A DNA stretch of 64,000 nt. Origin: Gemmatales bacterium. GTDB lineage: Bacteria; Planctomycetota; Planctomycetia; Gemmatales; HRBIN36. Below are positions 1 through 10,521 of the stretch, in pieces. Location: NCBI GenBank assembly GCA_041640595.1, contig JBEPZY010000002.1, positions 404,651-468,650 on the forward strand, given 5' to 3'. A model generated the notes under the pieces. The model was not told the origin of the DNA and did not search any database. It was given only the letters and a program-made list of their open reading frames with translations. A program made the translations under genes and the position numbers. Every line of letters begins with the position of its first letter. Positions within the stretch are counted from its first letter, which is position 1.

Positions 1-541
1 CGTCCCCGGTATCATCAGATGAACAATTACCTTGGAAATTAGCGGAACCACAACAGCAACATCCTTCCAGATCGCGCAAGCTAACCCCGGCATCCAGCCG
101 CACCTGTATGGGTAGGTCAGCGAAACGCTCGCCCAGCGTACGTGGAGCCACTAACAAACTATATGCGTGCACATAATTTTCCCAGGCCTCTAATTCCTGT
201 TGCTGCCAGCGTTGCTCCGCAGCAGCAACTGAATCCTTAAACGCCGATTCTAAGTCCCGAACCATAGGCTCTAAATCTCTAACCAATCGGCTCAAACTAT
301 CGCCATACGTATTCCAGGCTTGCGCCTCCGCTAGTTCGAACTCTGACCTTGCCCTCTGGATTGCGAATTCCCACACACTGTAGGCCGCCGCCTCCGCTTC
401 GAACCATGCATCAGCAGCCCGACTAAGTGCAGCGGCATAAGCGGCGTAAGCCTCCGCCTCTTGATTAGCGTATTGTTCGTCTTGATATGGGTCTGCCAAT
501 CGCGCATCCCGCCTGGCTCCCGCCTCCGCATAGGCATGGTC
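1..541 (-). pseudogene. Start-less Ala/Glu/Trp-rich helical exoprotein fragment running off the left edge
   Basis: Manual translation, absent from the ORF track: DHAYAEAGARRDARLADPYQDEQYANQEAEAYAAYAAALSRAADAWFEAEAAAYSVWEFAIQRARSEFELAEAQAWNTY...LEGCCCCGSANFQGNCSSDDTG. In-frame TGA at 542-544 lies upstream; first possible starts are TTG 499 and ATG 265. Composition resembles the C-terminus of 1851-2639. Confidence 0.6.
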
Positions 542-603
542 TCACTACACCATGCTTTTCGCCTCGGTAGCAATAGATCACTATTGTTCGTCTGAATTAA
601 CGC

Positions 604-1842
604 TTACTTCTTTGGATCGGCAGCAAGACCATCCACATACTGCTGGGGCACCTTCCATATGACAATGCGCCCTTGGGAACTTTGTTTGTCATTTTCGACG
701 GCAGGACGTCTTCGCAGATGTGAGGAGATGGCGAGTTTTGTACCATCGCGGGAAATCGCGGCCACCCAAAATTCCCAATCAGGGTTACAAGATTCGGTTT
801 TGCAGATGCGGCGTGCCTTCAGGTCCCAGACCTTCAGCACACTTCTTGTGACTTCTTCCTGCTCCGGCGGGTCGAATTCCTCGGCGAGCACGTATAGGTA
901 GCGCCCGCTCGGACTTATACATCCGAATGGATAGTAACAATTCGAGTCCCGCAATATTAGGGAAGCCGGGGTCGGAATGACGAAGCTGGGTTGTTCCCAA
1001 TTCTCACAGGAATAAATTCGACATACCCCGTTGGCATAAATGGTTGCCAAAGTTTTGTCATCTTCACTGAGAGACATCCACATTAAACTATCAGTTACCA
1101 AGGGGTAAAGTGTGTGCAAAACTTGGCCGCGAACCACTTTTGGAGGAACGTCTTCCAGAATCCATGGCACAAGGATAGCCGGTGAACCAAAAGACTGATC
1201 AGACGCGAAAAGGAACTTGCCATGCCCAGGAACTATGAGCTGGTCAATCTGCGCTAGAGAGAGTCTTACCTCTGCAAAACATTGCCAATTAGTCACTGAG
1301 TAAAACTTGATCCGTGACTCAGGTAGTTTTGTCGGGTTTTGCGTGGTCGGCCCGTCGCCTTCTAGTGCCACTGCTAAATATTTCCCATCCCGGCTAAAGG
1401 CCAAACTCTCTACCCTAGTTTCACCGAAGTCTAGGACTCCTATCCTACGAAAATCCACCAGGCTGAAACACTCAACCTTGTTCTTCCATACACGAATTGC
1501 AAAATATCTTCCATCTCGAGAAACAGATTGCAGCCGCGGCCCAAATGAGTTAGAGGGTAACCACATTCTTCTAGAACTTTTGGACCTGAGATCATATACG
1601 ACTAATTCCTCGCCGGCTGTGTAAATCAGGCGGCTGCCATCCGTGCTAAACCCGAGTAGGCCAGCTGCACTTCCAGACTTTGGGCGTATTTCGTCTAGTT
1701 GTTCCCAATCTGCGTCTGGAACGTTAGGCACTTCCGCTTGCACTAGCCCAGAAAAGGCAAGCACCGCATGGACCACGAGAGTCGCAAAGTCCCAGAACCG
1801 TGCGTATTTCATTTGCTTCTGATGCGCTCGTTTCATACACAT
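604..1842 (-). CDS. Secreted divergent WD40/beta-propeller protein
   Basis: 412-aa ORF with hydrophobic signal ending VQA; repeats FSTDGSRL, VSRDGRYF, FSRDGKYL, ISPSGRYL, ISRDGTKL, LKVWDL. AGGAG RBS spacing favours ATG at 1836. Confidence 0.8.
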   Translation of the reverse strand: MCMKRAHQKQMKYARFWDFATLVVHAVLAFSGLVQAEVPNVPDADWEQLDEIRPKSGSAAGLLGFSTDGSRLIYTAGEELVVYDLRSKSSRRMWLPSNSFGPRLQSVSRDGRYFAIRVWKNKVECFSLVDFRRIGVLDFGETRVESLAFSRDGKYLAVALEGDGPTTQNPTKLPESRIKFYSVTNWQCFAEVRLSLAQIDQLIVPGHGKFLFASDQSFGSPAILVPWILEDVPPKVVRGQVLHTLYPLVTDSLMWMSLSEDDKTLATIYANGVCRIYSCENWEQPSFVIPTPASLILRDSNCYYPFGCISPSGRYLYVLAEEFDPPEQEEVTRSVLKVWDLKARRICKTESCNPDWEFWVAAISRDGTKLAISSHLRRRPAVENDKQSSQGRIVIWKVPQQYVDGLAADPKK

Positions 1843-1850
1843 TCTCCTAC

Positions 1851-2654
1851 TTACAATTTGCCCATTGCTTGATCGGCTGCCTGCAGATATTGCGCATAAG
1901 CTTCGTCCGCTAGATTCTGCACCGTGGCAACTGCGGTTTGCCAGCCGGAGTCGCGCTCATTCACGGCTTGCTGCACCGCGGTAATATAGATAGCGTTCGC
2001 CTGTTCGACACGCGCAACATAGGCGGGATAGGGATCCGTCTCCACCCGCCACTGGAAACTAATCTCCTCCCAGTCGCCGCTTACCGGGTCAGTAACTGTG
2101 AGAACCACCGTATAGTCGCGAATGTGTGATTCAGGAGTGACTAAGTCCGCGTCTATAGTCCTCTGTACCGTGCCATAGAGGGAGTCGAAACTTAGTCCCG
2201 AAGGCAGATTTTCATAACTAAACATCAAGGGGCCGGAGAAGCTGCCCTGCGTGTAACTCAGCTGCGGAGCGAAGAACACCGTCTCGCCGGGATGGCTAAC
2301 CAGCGTGCCGGGCGTCTCCACCGAAAAGGTGTTATCGAGAATAATAAACGGCACGATGGCCGACTCGGTTTCGGTGCCATCGGAGACCGTGATAGTGGCA
2401 TTATAGGTTACGGGTGAACCGTTACGTGGCACGGCACTGCGGAGAGCGGCACCACTAAACTCACCGGTGGTCGGGTCGTAACTAATGCCGGGTGGCAAGT
2501 CGCGGACACTAAACGTCAGACTCCCGGCCAGGTTCGGGTCATAAACGACACGAACATAAGCTTCGCCGCCATAAATCGGTTCGTCCTCATACTTAGTCAC
2601 GGCGGGCGAGGCCTCCAGAGTGAAATGATTCGCAGTCAAGGTGCGAGGCTCTAA
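1851..2654 (-). pseudogene. Truncated exoprotein with two putative Ig (He_PIG-like) domains and a planctomycete LEPR-type leader motif
   Basis: LPPGISYDPTTGEFSG and LPSGLSFDSLYGTV are He_PIG-like. The frame upstream of the TTG reads LEPRTLTA, preceded by an in-frame TGA. A leader-like WLRAWFGKLF...RLQFPCLEP lies in another frame (2593-2829). The ORF ends abruptly in an Ala-rich helix. Confidence 0.6.
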
Positions 2655-2798
2655 GCGTCCGCATCACGCTAAGCATTACATAGAGGGCGAGGATTTCGGG
2701 TTCTAAGCATGGAAACTGCAATCGGACAGATGGGTGAGGCTTTACCTCGATGCGGAAAAGTTTACCGAACCATGCACGAAGCCAGGCGCAGAGCTTCC

Positions 2799-2819
2799 GT
2801 GTGTGTGTGTGTGTGTGTG
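2799..2819. repeat. (GT)10G dinucleotide microsatellite
   Basis: Directly visible: gtgtgtgtgtgtgtgtgtgtg. Confidence 0.95.
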
Positions 2820-3049
2820 CTGGTTGCACACACCGTCGGCGAAGTAGGGCGTGCTCATAGTTGTGTCTGCTTTAGAACGTGGACGTGATGCTGAGTTGGG
2901 CCGCTGAACTTGCTTTTATCAAAAATCCGCGGCCGTCTCAAGAGGAAACTGAAAAATTTTTCTGCCGAGGAAATTTTCCTCAAGTCATTCCCGTAGCGTA
3001 GGTTGCGTCAGCGGCGCAAACTCGATAGGGAATTCGGGGCATGCCGAGG

Positions 3050-3146
3050 GCGGATGTTGAACCATGAAGCGGCACTGCGCTGACATATCCATGTCAACAA
3101 TCTTGTCAAAGCCCGGCGGATGTTGAACGATTAAGCGGCACTGCGG
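3050..3146. repeat. Two imperfect ~30-bp direct repeats (GGCGGATGTTGAAC-AT-AAGCGGCACTGCG)
   Basis: Copies at ~3050 and ~3115. Confidence 0.75.
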
Positions 3147-3370
3147 GGGCTGGCCAATACCGTTCGCCGTGCGTTTGCATTCGCACGCGGAGCTAAGCGA
3201 AACACCCACGGCACCGGCACCCCGATGCCGTCCGCCGTTGGTTTGCTCACACACCCAGCGTGTATTCGACCTGCGTTGGCGGGAATAGGGCAGGTTTGCG
3301 GATACCGTTAGCAAGTCAGCCAATCAGGCGAGTGATGCTAGAAATTAATTCGCATATTTGCCGGTCAAGC

Positions 3371-3615
3371 ATGCGGTGAGGCGACGTTGCCAAAGCCCGA
3401 AACATGGCTCAAAAGAAAAAGGGGGATTCCAGCTCCCACGAAATGCAGTGAGAGGACGTTGCGAAAGCCCGAAACACGGTGTCGAAATAACATTCTCCTA
3501 CAATTGGGATGGGTGAACGAACATTTAGCCAAAGCCCAAAACATGGTGTCGAAATAACTTCCTATAGCGGGAAGGGATGTCACCTCCAATCGAAACGGAA
3601 TTGCGAAAACTCCAT
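3371..3615. repeat. Degenerate ~70-bp-period tandem repeat (GC-AAAGCCC-AAACA-GGTGTCGAAATAAC)
   Basis: Cores at ~3389, 3461, 3528 and a partial copy at 3603. Confidence 0.7.
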
Positions 3616-3626
3616 AGCAGCGTTGG

Positions 3627-5333
3627 TCAACGTTCTGCGGTAGTGCCGACGGGTTCCTGCGGTTGATGGTTACTTCTGCGGGGGATAGATTCCAAAAGGC
3701 CCAGCAATTGTTCGACGCGGAAGGGTTTGAACAGCGTGCCTACGATCAAACCATCCTGTCGGGCCCGAATAATCGCATGTTTAGCGTCGTAACCGAATCC
3801 GCTCATCAGAATAATGCTGCTGTCCGGTTGCACCTGCCGCAGTTGCTGGCAAATTTCATAACCATCTTCGTAATCGGGCAGGCGAATATCGGTCACAATA
3901 GCGTCGTAGGGGTTGAGGCGGGCCATACAAACAGCCTCTTTACCGCTGCGAGCAGTTTCCACGACACAACCGAACCGTTCCAGCAAACTGTGAGCGGAGC
4001 GGCGAACACGCTCGTCACTATCCACCACCAGCACTCGCATTCCCCGCAAGCGTGTGTGTTGCTGATCAGCCGGTTCCGGTTTGTGTGGCGTCATAGTTTC
4101 CCCCACGCGTTCGATGCACTCTTTGATGGAGCGAGCGTTCTGCTCGATCTGCCTGAGCAGGCGGGCGATTTCCTGATCGTGGCCAATATACCGCTCCTGG
4201 AGCGTGGCGGTGGTAACCAAGATTTCGTCCAGAGGCAAGGCCATTTCCCGACGCAACAATTCCAGCGACTGGCTAATCGTTTCGCGTTTTTCCGCGGCCA
4301 GCAACTCCAGGGTATAAATAGCGTGAGCAATTTCGCGGCAGAAAATTTCCAGGAACTGCTGATCCTCTTCCGTGAAGGCGTTGAGCCGGGGACTTTCCAC
4401 GTTAAAGGTGCCGATGATCCGGTCCTGAAACACCAGAGGCACGGTCAGTGAGCTACGCGCACCCCTGGCTCCTTCCAGATACAGGGGATCATGAGCGGTG
4501 TCCGGACAAAGGTAACTTTTGCCGGTAGTGGCGACGAAACCGGTAATACCATTTCCCTGGGGTCGGGCGTACAGTTCGCGCTGGGTGGCCTCTGGCGTGA
4601 TACCTTCCGCGACCAGCAATTCCAGTTTGCCGGTGGACGGATCCAGCAACCGCACCTCGATCACGTCGTAATGCAACAACTCATGGGTATAATGCAGGAT
4701 GTTATGCTTGAGAAGCTCGATACGCTCCTGCGGTGACATCCGCGCCAATTGTTGCGGCGACAACGCGGCCAGTTCCCGACCAGCACGGTGAATGGCGTCG
4801 AGTTTTTGCTGACGTTGCCGCTCGCTGGTGATGTCGCGGGCCAGGACAATGTAATGCGTAACTTCGCCCTGCGACGATCGCACCGGAGTTACGGTCAATT
4901 CCAGAAAAATCCCTGCGCCGGTTCGCACGCAGGTCATGACCCGGCCTTGCTCGGCAGCAGCGTGAAAGGGACTATACTCCGGGCCGAGAATTTCCGGGGA
5001 ACCTAAAGCATCGTAAAAACGCCTGTCTTCCACCGGTCCGTCGCACCAGGAGCGAAACCGCGGATTGGCCCACACAATTCGCCAGTCCTGGTCCACCAGA
5101 GCCACACCGTCTTCCAGCAATTCGAGGATGCGATCCGCCTGGAGCACGGTTCCGGCTTGCTGCAACAGATTCAGGTCGCGGATATCAGCCAGCACACCGG
5201 CGAAGTCTTCGCGTCGCAACAGAGCCAGGGCCCGCGGCAAACTGTCCACATAGACAAACTCAACTCGCTCATCATCCGCTAACAGCGGGTTGCTCTGGGG
5301 TGAACTATGAAAGACCAGGATGCGGCGTGTCAC
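3627..5333 (-). CDS. PAS-GAF-receiver signal transduction protein
   Basis: PAS (DGVALVDQDWRIVWANPRF), GAF (GITGFVATTGK...SSLTVPLVFQDRIIGTFNVES...FTEED) and C-terminal REC (VLVVDSD, IVTDIRLP, MSGFG, KPF). Confidence 0.85.
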   Translation of the reverse strand: MTRRILVFHSSPQSNPLLADDERVEFVYVDSLPRALALLRREDFAGVLADIRDLNLLQQAGTVLQADRILELLEDGVALVDQDWRIVWANPRFRSWCDGPVEDRRFYDALGSPEILGPEYSPFHAAAEQGRVMTCVRTGAGIFLELTVTPVRSSQGEVTHYIVLARDITSERQRQQKLDAIHRAGRELAALSPQQLARMSPQERIELLKHNILHYTHELLHYDVIEVRLLDPSTGKLELLVAEGITPEATQRELYARPQGNGITGFVATTGKSYLCPDTAHDPLYLEGARGARSSLTVPLVFQDRIIGTFNVESPRLNAFTEEDQQFLEIFCREIAHAIYTLELLAAEKRETISQSLELLRREMALPLDEILVTTATLQERYIGHDQEIARLLRQIEQNARSIKECIERVGETMTPHKPEPADQQHTRLRGMRVLVVDSDERVRRSAHSLLERFGCVVETARSGKEAVCMARLNPYDAIVTDIRLPDYEDGYEICQQLRQVQPDSSIILMSGFGYDAKHAIIRARQDGLIVGTLFKPFRVEQLLGLLESIPRRSNHQPQEPVGTTAER

Positions 5334-5629
5334 GGTTGCAGTAGCTCAGCTGGCCATCGCAAAGGGCGTATCTCGCTTCGCTGGAATTATAACGCAGCAG
5401 TTGACTGGTTACAAGCCAGCCTGCCTGCTTTCTCTGGAGTGCCCAAGCCTCAACCGTGGCAAAGGTGCTATTTCTGTTCTCACAAATTTCTCATGCCTAT
5501 CCTCTAGCCTGATTTTTGAGCGGGTGATAGACTGAGCAGTAACCCCGCCGGAACCGGATTGCCTCGATGAATTAAAGTCTCGCCAAACGTCCGGTTCCCG
5601 ACGACGGGTTGATCAAAAGGAGGCGCACC

Positions 5630-6703
5630 ATGTCAGCCGATTTGCCGAAGCGGATCGTTTGCCCGGACTGCGAGGCCTGGGAAAGTGGCGACCTGAGCCG
5701 CCGTGATTTCTTGTGGCAAGCCAGCCTGGCCACCGCGACCATTGTCAGCCTGGAAGGCTATGCCGTGCCGCGGGCCCAGGCGGCTCCGACCCCCACCAGT
5801 GCCGCCGAAACCCTCGTCAAAGTGCTTTACGAAAAACTCACGCCGGAGCAGAAAAAAGTCGTCTGTTTCCCCTGGGATTACAAGGACGAACGCCGGGGTG
5901 TGCTTCGCACCCACGTTTCTAACAACTGGCACATCACCAAACCAGCCATCGCCAGTGATTTCTTCACGCCGGAGCAAAAAGACATCATTCGCAAAATCTT
6001 CTGCAACATTTTCAATCCCGATTGGGTCGAGAAGATTGATAAGCAACTCCGCGATGATACTGGTGGCCGACCCTGGGGCGCCGATCAAAACATCGCTATT
6101 TTCGGACGTCCCGGCGAAGACAAATTCATGTTCGTGATGACCGGTAGGCATCTGACGATCCGTTGCGACGGCAACAGTGAAGCTCACGTAGCGTTCGGGG
6201 GCCCGATTTTCCACGGTCACGCCGCCAGCGGCTTCAACGAAAAACCGGGCCATCCCGGCAACGTCTTCTGGCATCAGGCCGTCCTGGCCAACAAGGTGTA
6301 CCAGATGCTCGATGAGCGGCAGAAGAAAATCGCCCTGGTAGATCGTCGGCCGCCGGAGTCCCGAGTGCCTTTCCAGGGCCCGAACGGCAAGTTCCCCGGT
6401 ATCCCTTGCTCCGAACTCAGCCGCGACCAGAAAGCGCAACTCGAACTCGTTCTCCGCAGCCTCCTGGAGCCTTACCGCAAGGAAGACCAGGACGAGGTGA
6501 TGGAATGTCTGAAAAAGCACGGCGGACTCGATAAGTGCCACCTCGCCTTTTACAAGGAAGGCGACCTCGGCGATGACGGTGAGTGGGACAACTGGCGGCT
6601 CGAAGGTCCCGCGTTTGTCTGGTATTTCCGTGGTACACCTCACGTCCACATCTGGATCAACGTCGCCGACGACCCCAGCGTCCCGCTCAACGCCAGCGGC
6701 TAA
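5630..6703 (+). CDS. DUF3500-family Tat-exported protein
   Basis: SRRDFL Tat motif; GRHLT and WRLEGP...FRGTPHVH motifs; AGGAGG RBS before ATG 5630. Confidence 0.75.
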   Translation: MSADLPKRIVCPDCEAWESGDLSRRDFLWQASLATATIVSLEGYAVPRAQAAPTPTSAAETLVKVLYEKLTPEQKKVVCFPWDYKDERRGVLRTHVSNNWHITKPAIASDFFTPEQKDIIRKIFCNIFNPDWVEKIDKQLRDDTGGRPWGADQNIAIFGRPGEDKFMFVMTGRHLTIRCDGNSEAHVAFGGPIFHGHAASGFNEKPGHPGNVFWHQAVLANKVYQMLDERQKKIALVDRRPPESRVPFQGPNGKFPGIPCSELSRDQKAQLELVLRSLLEPYRKEDQDEVMECLKKHGGLDKCHLAFYKEGDLGDDGEWDNWRLEGPAFVWYFRGTPHVHIWINVADDPSVPLNASG

Positions 6704-6740
6704 CAGCCCACTGCACGGCAAACCCTGAGCATTCCGTCCC

Positions 6741-6770
6741 GGAGCCGCCCTGACGTGGCGGCTCCATTTC
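6741..6770 (+). terminator. Hairpin, probable intrinsic terminator
   Basis: GGAGCCGCC-N7-GGCGGCTCC followed by ATTTC, between convergent genes. Confidence 0.6.
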
Positions 6771-7072
6771 CATTTGCGCTTCGACTTTTTTCGTAGCGTT
6801 CCCGATCAGAACCCGATCAGGAAACGGATTGGAACTTTAGGCACCAAGCACCGGAACCGTTGTTTCGCTCCGTTTAGACTGGCTGTAGTGCGCCCTGTTC
6901 GTAGCAGGCGACTGGCTCATCAGAGAACATGTGTCTCGCCAGGAGCTTTTACCGACTTACCTATTGGAGCGCGAAGGGCACAACCGCTATCTTCCGGAAT
7001 CCTGAGTTGGCCGAGCGGAAACAGTGCGGTGCGCGCCTGTGCTATCGAAGCAATCCGGAGGGTATCGCTCGA

Positions 7073-8416
7073 TCACAGCACTTCCCGAAGCGGAGCAGCC
7101 TCGACGAGATGCTGAGGTCGTCCGGTCGGGTCGAGGATAGTCGTTTCTGACGGGTCAATGCCCAGGTTGTGATAGACGGTGGCGATCACTTCCTGGAACG
7201 TCACCGGCCGCTGGGCAGCGTACTCACCGAGACGGTTCGTCGCACCAATGACCTGGCCGGTTCGCATGCCGCCACCAGCAAGCAATGCACAGCTGACCTG
7301 CGGCCAGTGATCGCGGCCGGCGTCCTTATTGATCCGCGGTGTACGACCGAATTCGCCCCAAACCAGAATGGTTACATCCTGCAACATGCCGCGCTGGTCT
7401 AAGTCCTCGATTAGCGCACTGAGGCACTGGTCGAGTTTGCCACCGTGATCGCGAACCAGGTCGAAATTCTTGCTATGGCTGTCCCACCGGCCATAGGTAA
7501 GCGTTACCACGCGAACTCCCGCTTCTATCAGTCGTCGGGCGAGCAGGAGTTGATCATTGACCGTTGGGGCACCATCGTACTGGAACTTATACGGCTTGCC
7601 ATCTCCGTACCGCTGCCGCACCGATTCTGGTTCCCGCGACAAATCCAGGGCTTCGAGCAACTTGCTCGAGGTCAGCACATCGAAAGCTCGCTGGGTCATG
7701 GCATCCAGAGCGGCAATCTGGCCAGACGTATCGAGATCACGGCGAAGCTGGTCGAAACTTTGTATCAACCGCCGGCGATCATAGAGATGCTCCAGCGTGA
7801 TTCCCTTAAGTTTCATATTCTGCAAACCTTCGCCGTCGGGTCGGAAGGCGCTGTAGGCTGGCCCGAGGAATCCCGGCTGTCCCGGATCGGACCAGGGACG
7901 ATGCTGCGTCGGTTGCGCCAGACCGACAAAGGGCGGCACTGCCGGATCCACTGGCCCCTGCACTTTCGCCACGACCGCGCCCACACTCGGCCGACCGCCG
8001 AGGTTGGCCAGCGACACGTGCGGCCAGCCCGTCATGCATTGTTCCGGTGCATGACGGTCTATCGCTCCCACGATCGAACGGATGATCACACACTTGTCCA
8101 TGAGCTTTGCCAGCCGCGGAAACACCTCGCAGATCTGAATGCCTGGAACGTTTGTGGGGATGGGTTGGAATTCGCCGCGGATTTCTTTCGGAGCTTCGGT
8201 CTTGATGTCCCACAAATCCTGGTGCGGTGGGCCACCTCCCAGGTAAATGTGGATCAGCGCCTTATGCGACCGCTTTCCCTGAGCGGCTTCCGCACGAAAC
8301 AGATCCGCCAGGGTGAAATGAAATGCTCCGAAGCTGAACGCCCCGATTTTCAGGAAGTGCCGACGGGTCAGACCATCGCAGTAACGCGTTCGGGCGGGGA
8401 CAGGAATGCCGAGCAT
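7073..8416 (-). CDS. DUF1501 domain protein
   Basis: CDGLTRRHFL, GGPPHQDLWD, LLARRLIEAGVR, WDSH, GEFGRTP, GRDHWP. Confidence 0.92.
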   Translation of the reverse strand: MLGIPVPARTRYCDGLTRRHFLKIGAFSFGAFHFTLADLFRAEAAQGKRSHKALIHIYLGGGPPHQDLWDIKTEAPKEIRGEFQPIPTNVPGIQICEVFPRLAKLMDKCVIIRSIVGAIDRHAPEQCMTGWPHVSLANLGGRPSVGAVVAKVQGPVDPAVPPFVGLAQPTQHRPWSDPGQPGFLGPAYSAFRPDGEGLQNMKLKGITLEHLYDRRRLIQSFDQLRRDLDTSGQIAALDAMTQRAFDVLTSSKLLEALDLSREPESVRQRYGDGKPYKFQYDGAPTVNDQLLLARRLIEAGVRVVTLTYGRWDSHSKNFDLVRDHGGKLDQCLSALIEDLDQRGMLQDVTILVWGEFGRTPRINKDAGRDHWPQVSCALLAGGGMRTGQVIGATNRLGEYAAQRPVTFQEVIATVYHNLGIDPSETTILDPTGRPQHLVEAAPLREVL

Positions 8417-8673
8417 GGCTACTCCTTTCGTATAGGCGGGACGCTGCCAGGCAGCGCGAGTTCAGGAGGGACGTTTCCCGCGGCGCAATGGCTTTCTCTG
8501 CTAAAACATATTCGGCAATGGTGGCACCGTCAAGACAGTGTTTCACTATCCGACGCCTGATGGCATTATGGGGTAGGAGCGGCGGCCAGTCGCCCAGGCA
8601 TGGGAATGTGGAGGTGTCCTCGCGGTAAGAAACGAAACGTGTAGCCTTGCACGGATAATACGTTTAACTGGGA

Positions 8674-10521
8674 TTGGCGGACATTTTTCTCCGTCCGCAC
8701 CAAAACTCGCAGCAAAAGAGGGCTGCCTTGTCACGGAAACTGTGGCGCTTGCTGGTCGCCGATTCGCTCAACACGCAGCGATTGCGGCATGAATTACGCA
8801 CGCATCCAGCGGTGGCGGCTTTGCTAACCACCCGGGGAATCCGCACCCGTGAAGAAGCGCTGCGTTTTCTCCGCTCTCGATTACGCGACCTGCACGAACC
8901 CGACCAGCTGCCTGGCGCTATCGAAGCTGCTCAGCGATTGCAGGAAGCTATCCGTGCCGGAAAACGCATTTGCGTTTATGGCGATTACGATGTGGACGGC
9001 ATTACCGCCACCACGCTGTTGTGGCGATGCCTGCGGCTGGCGGGCGCTGATGCCGACTTTTACGTCCCACACCGATTGGAGGAGGGATACGGTCTCAACG
9101 TGGATGCCCTGCGACAGCTACGCCGCCAGGGAACTGATGTGGTGGTTACGGTGGATTGCGGTATCACTGCGGTCGCTGAGGCGGAAGAAGCACGCCGACT
9201 TGGCCTGTCCCTGATCATCACCGACCACCATGAATTTCACAGTGCTTTGCCCGACGCCGACGTTCTTGTTCATCCACGTTTGCCCGGCAGCGAATATCCA
9301 TTTCCGCACCTGTCGGGTGCTGGAGTGGCCTTCAAACTGGCCTGGGCAATAGCACGCCAGTTGAGCCAGTCGCGTCAGGTTACGGAGGCCTTCCGTCAGT
9401 TTCTTCTGGAAAGCCTCGCCCTGGTGGCACTGGGCACGGTTGCCGATAGCGCTCCTGTGCTGGACGAAAATCGCATTTTCGTTCGCCACGGTCTGCAAGC
9501 ATTGCAGTCGGCCCCATCGCCGGGACTGCAAGCGCTGATCGAGGCCAGCGGTTTGACTCAGCGTGGCCAGCTACATGCCGAAGACCTGGCATTCCAGCTG
9601 GTGCCGCGACTGAATGCCGTGGGCCGACTCGAACAGGCTCGACTTGCCGTCGAATTGCTGGCTGCGAACAATCCTCAGCGTGCTCAGGACCTGGCCCGTT
9701 ACTGCGCTGCACAAAATGAGATTCGCCGCAAACTCGAAATGCGGATGATGCGGCAGGCGACACAGTGGTTGCGCGAAAATCCCGACGCCGAAGACAAAGC
9801 CGCTTTAGTCCTGGCTGAGCCGGACTGGCATCCTGGTTTGCTCGGCGTGGTGGCGAACCGTCTGCTGGAGCGTTACCGTAAGCCCGTGGCAGTCATTTCC
9901 CTGCGTGACGATCCGGCTCAAGGAAGCGTCCGCGCGCCGGCAGGTTTCCATGCCCAGGAAGCGCTGCACTGTTGCGCCGACCTGCTCGAAAACTTTGGAG
10001 GCCATGCTGCCGCTGCTGGTTTCCGCATCCGTGTCGCTCAGGTCGAGACCTTCCGTCAGCGTTTCTGCGAACTGGCCCGCGATTGGCTTGCCGCCTCCCA
10101 CCCCCTGCCGAGTCTCCTCATTGATACGGAGCTGCCGTTGGCCGCGGTTACCCCTGCTCTGCTCAAAACACTCGATGCCATGCAGCCCTTTGGTCCCGGC
10201 AATCGCAAACCCCTGTTTTTGGCCACGCATTTGACCGTGGTTGGCGAACCACGCGCGGTCGGAGAGGAACAACGGCATCTGCTCTTCCGTGTGCGCCAGG
10301 ACGATAGCCGCATTTATCGCGCCATCGGTTTCAATCTTGGCGAGCGCTTGCCGGAACTGCTCGCTGCCGGCGGGCAGTGTTCCATTGTCTTTTATCCTCG
10401 CCGCGACAGTTGGGAGGGCTGGGATCGGATTGACCTGCAGGTGGTGGACTTCCAGCCGCGTTCGACCCCAGAGTTGGAATTTGTCTCGGCCGAGCATTAT
10501 CTTTCCACCGCCTGCGAGTGA
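8674..10521 (+). CDS. recJ: Single-stranded-DNA-specific exonuclease RecJ
   Basis: YGDYDVDG, EGYGL, TVDCGI, TDHH, LGTVAD, PRLNAVGRL, GGHAAAAG, PFGPGN. Real start is perhaps TTG ~8728. Confidence 0.95.
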   Translation: MADIFLRPHQNSQQKRAALSRKLWRLLVADSLNTQRLRHELRTHPAVAALLTTRGIRTREEALRFLRSRLRDLHEPDQLPGAIEAAQRLQEAIRAGKRICVYGDYDVDGITATTLLWRCLRLAGADADFYVPHRLEEGYGLNVDALRQLRRQGTDVVVTVDCGITAVAEAEEARRLGLSLIITDHHEFHSALPDADVLVHPRLPGSEYPFPHLSGAGVAFKLAWAIARQLSQSRQVTEAFRQFLLESLALVALGTVADSAPVLDENRIFVRHGLQALQSAPSPGLQALIEASGLTQRGQLHAEDLAFQLVPRLNAVGRLEQARLAVELLAANNPQRAQDLARYCAAQNEIRRKLEMRMMRQATQWLRENPDAEDKAALVLAEPDWHPGLLGVVANRLLERYRKPVAVISLRDDPAQGSVRAPAGFHAQEALHCCADLLENFGGHAAAAGFRIRVAQVETFRQRFCELARDWLAASHPLPSLLIDTELPLAAVTPALLKTLDAMQPFGPGNRKPLFLATHLTVVGEPRAVGEEQRHLLFRVRQDDSRIYRAIGFNLGERLPELLAAGGQCSIVFYPRRDSWEGWDRIDLQVVDFQPRSTPELEFVSAEHYLSTACE

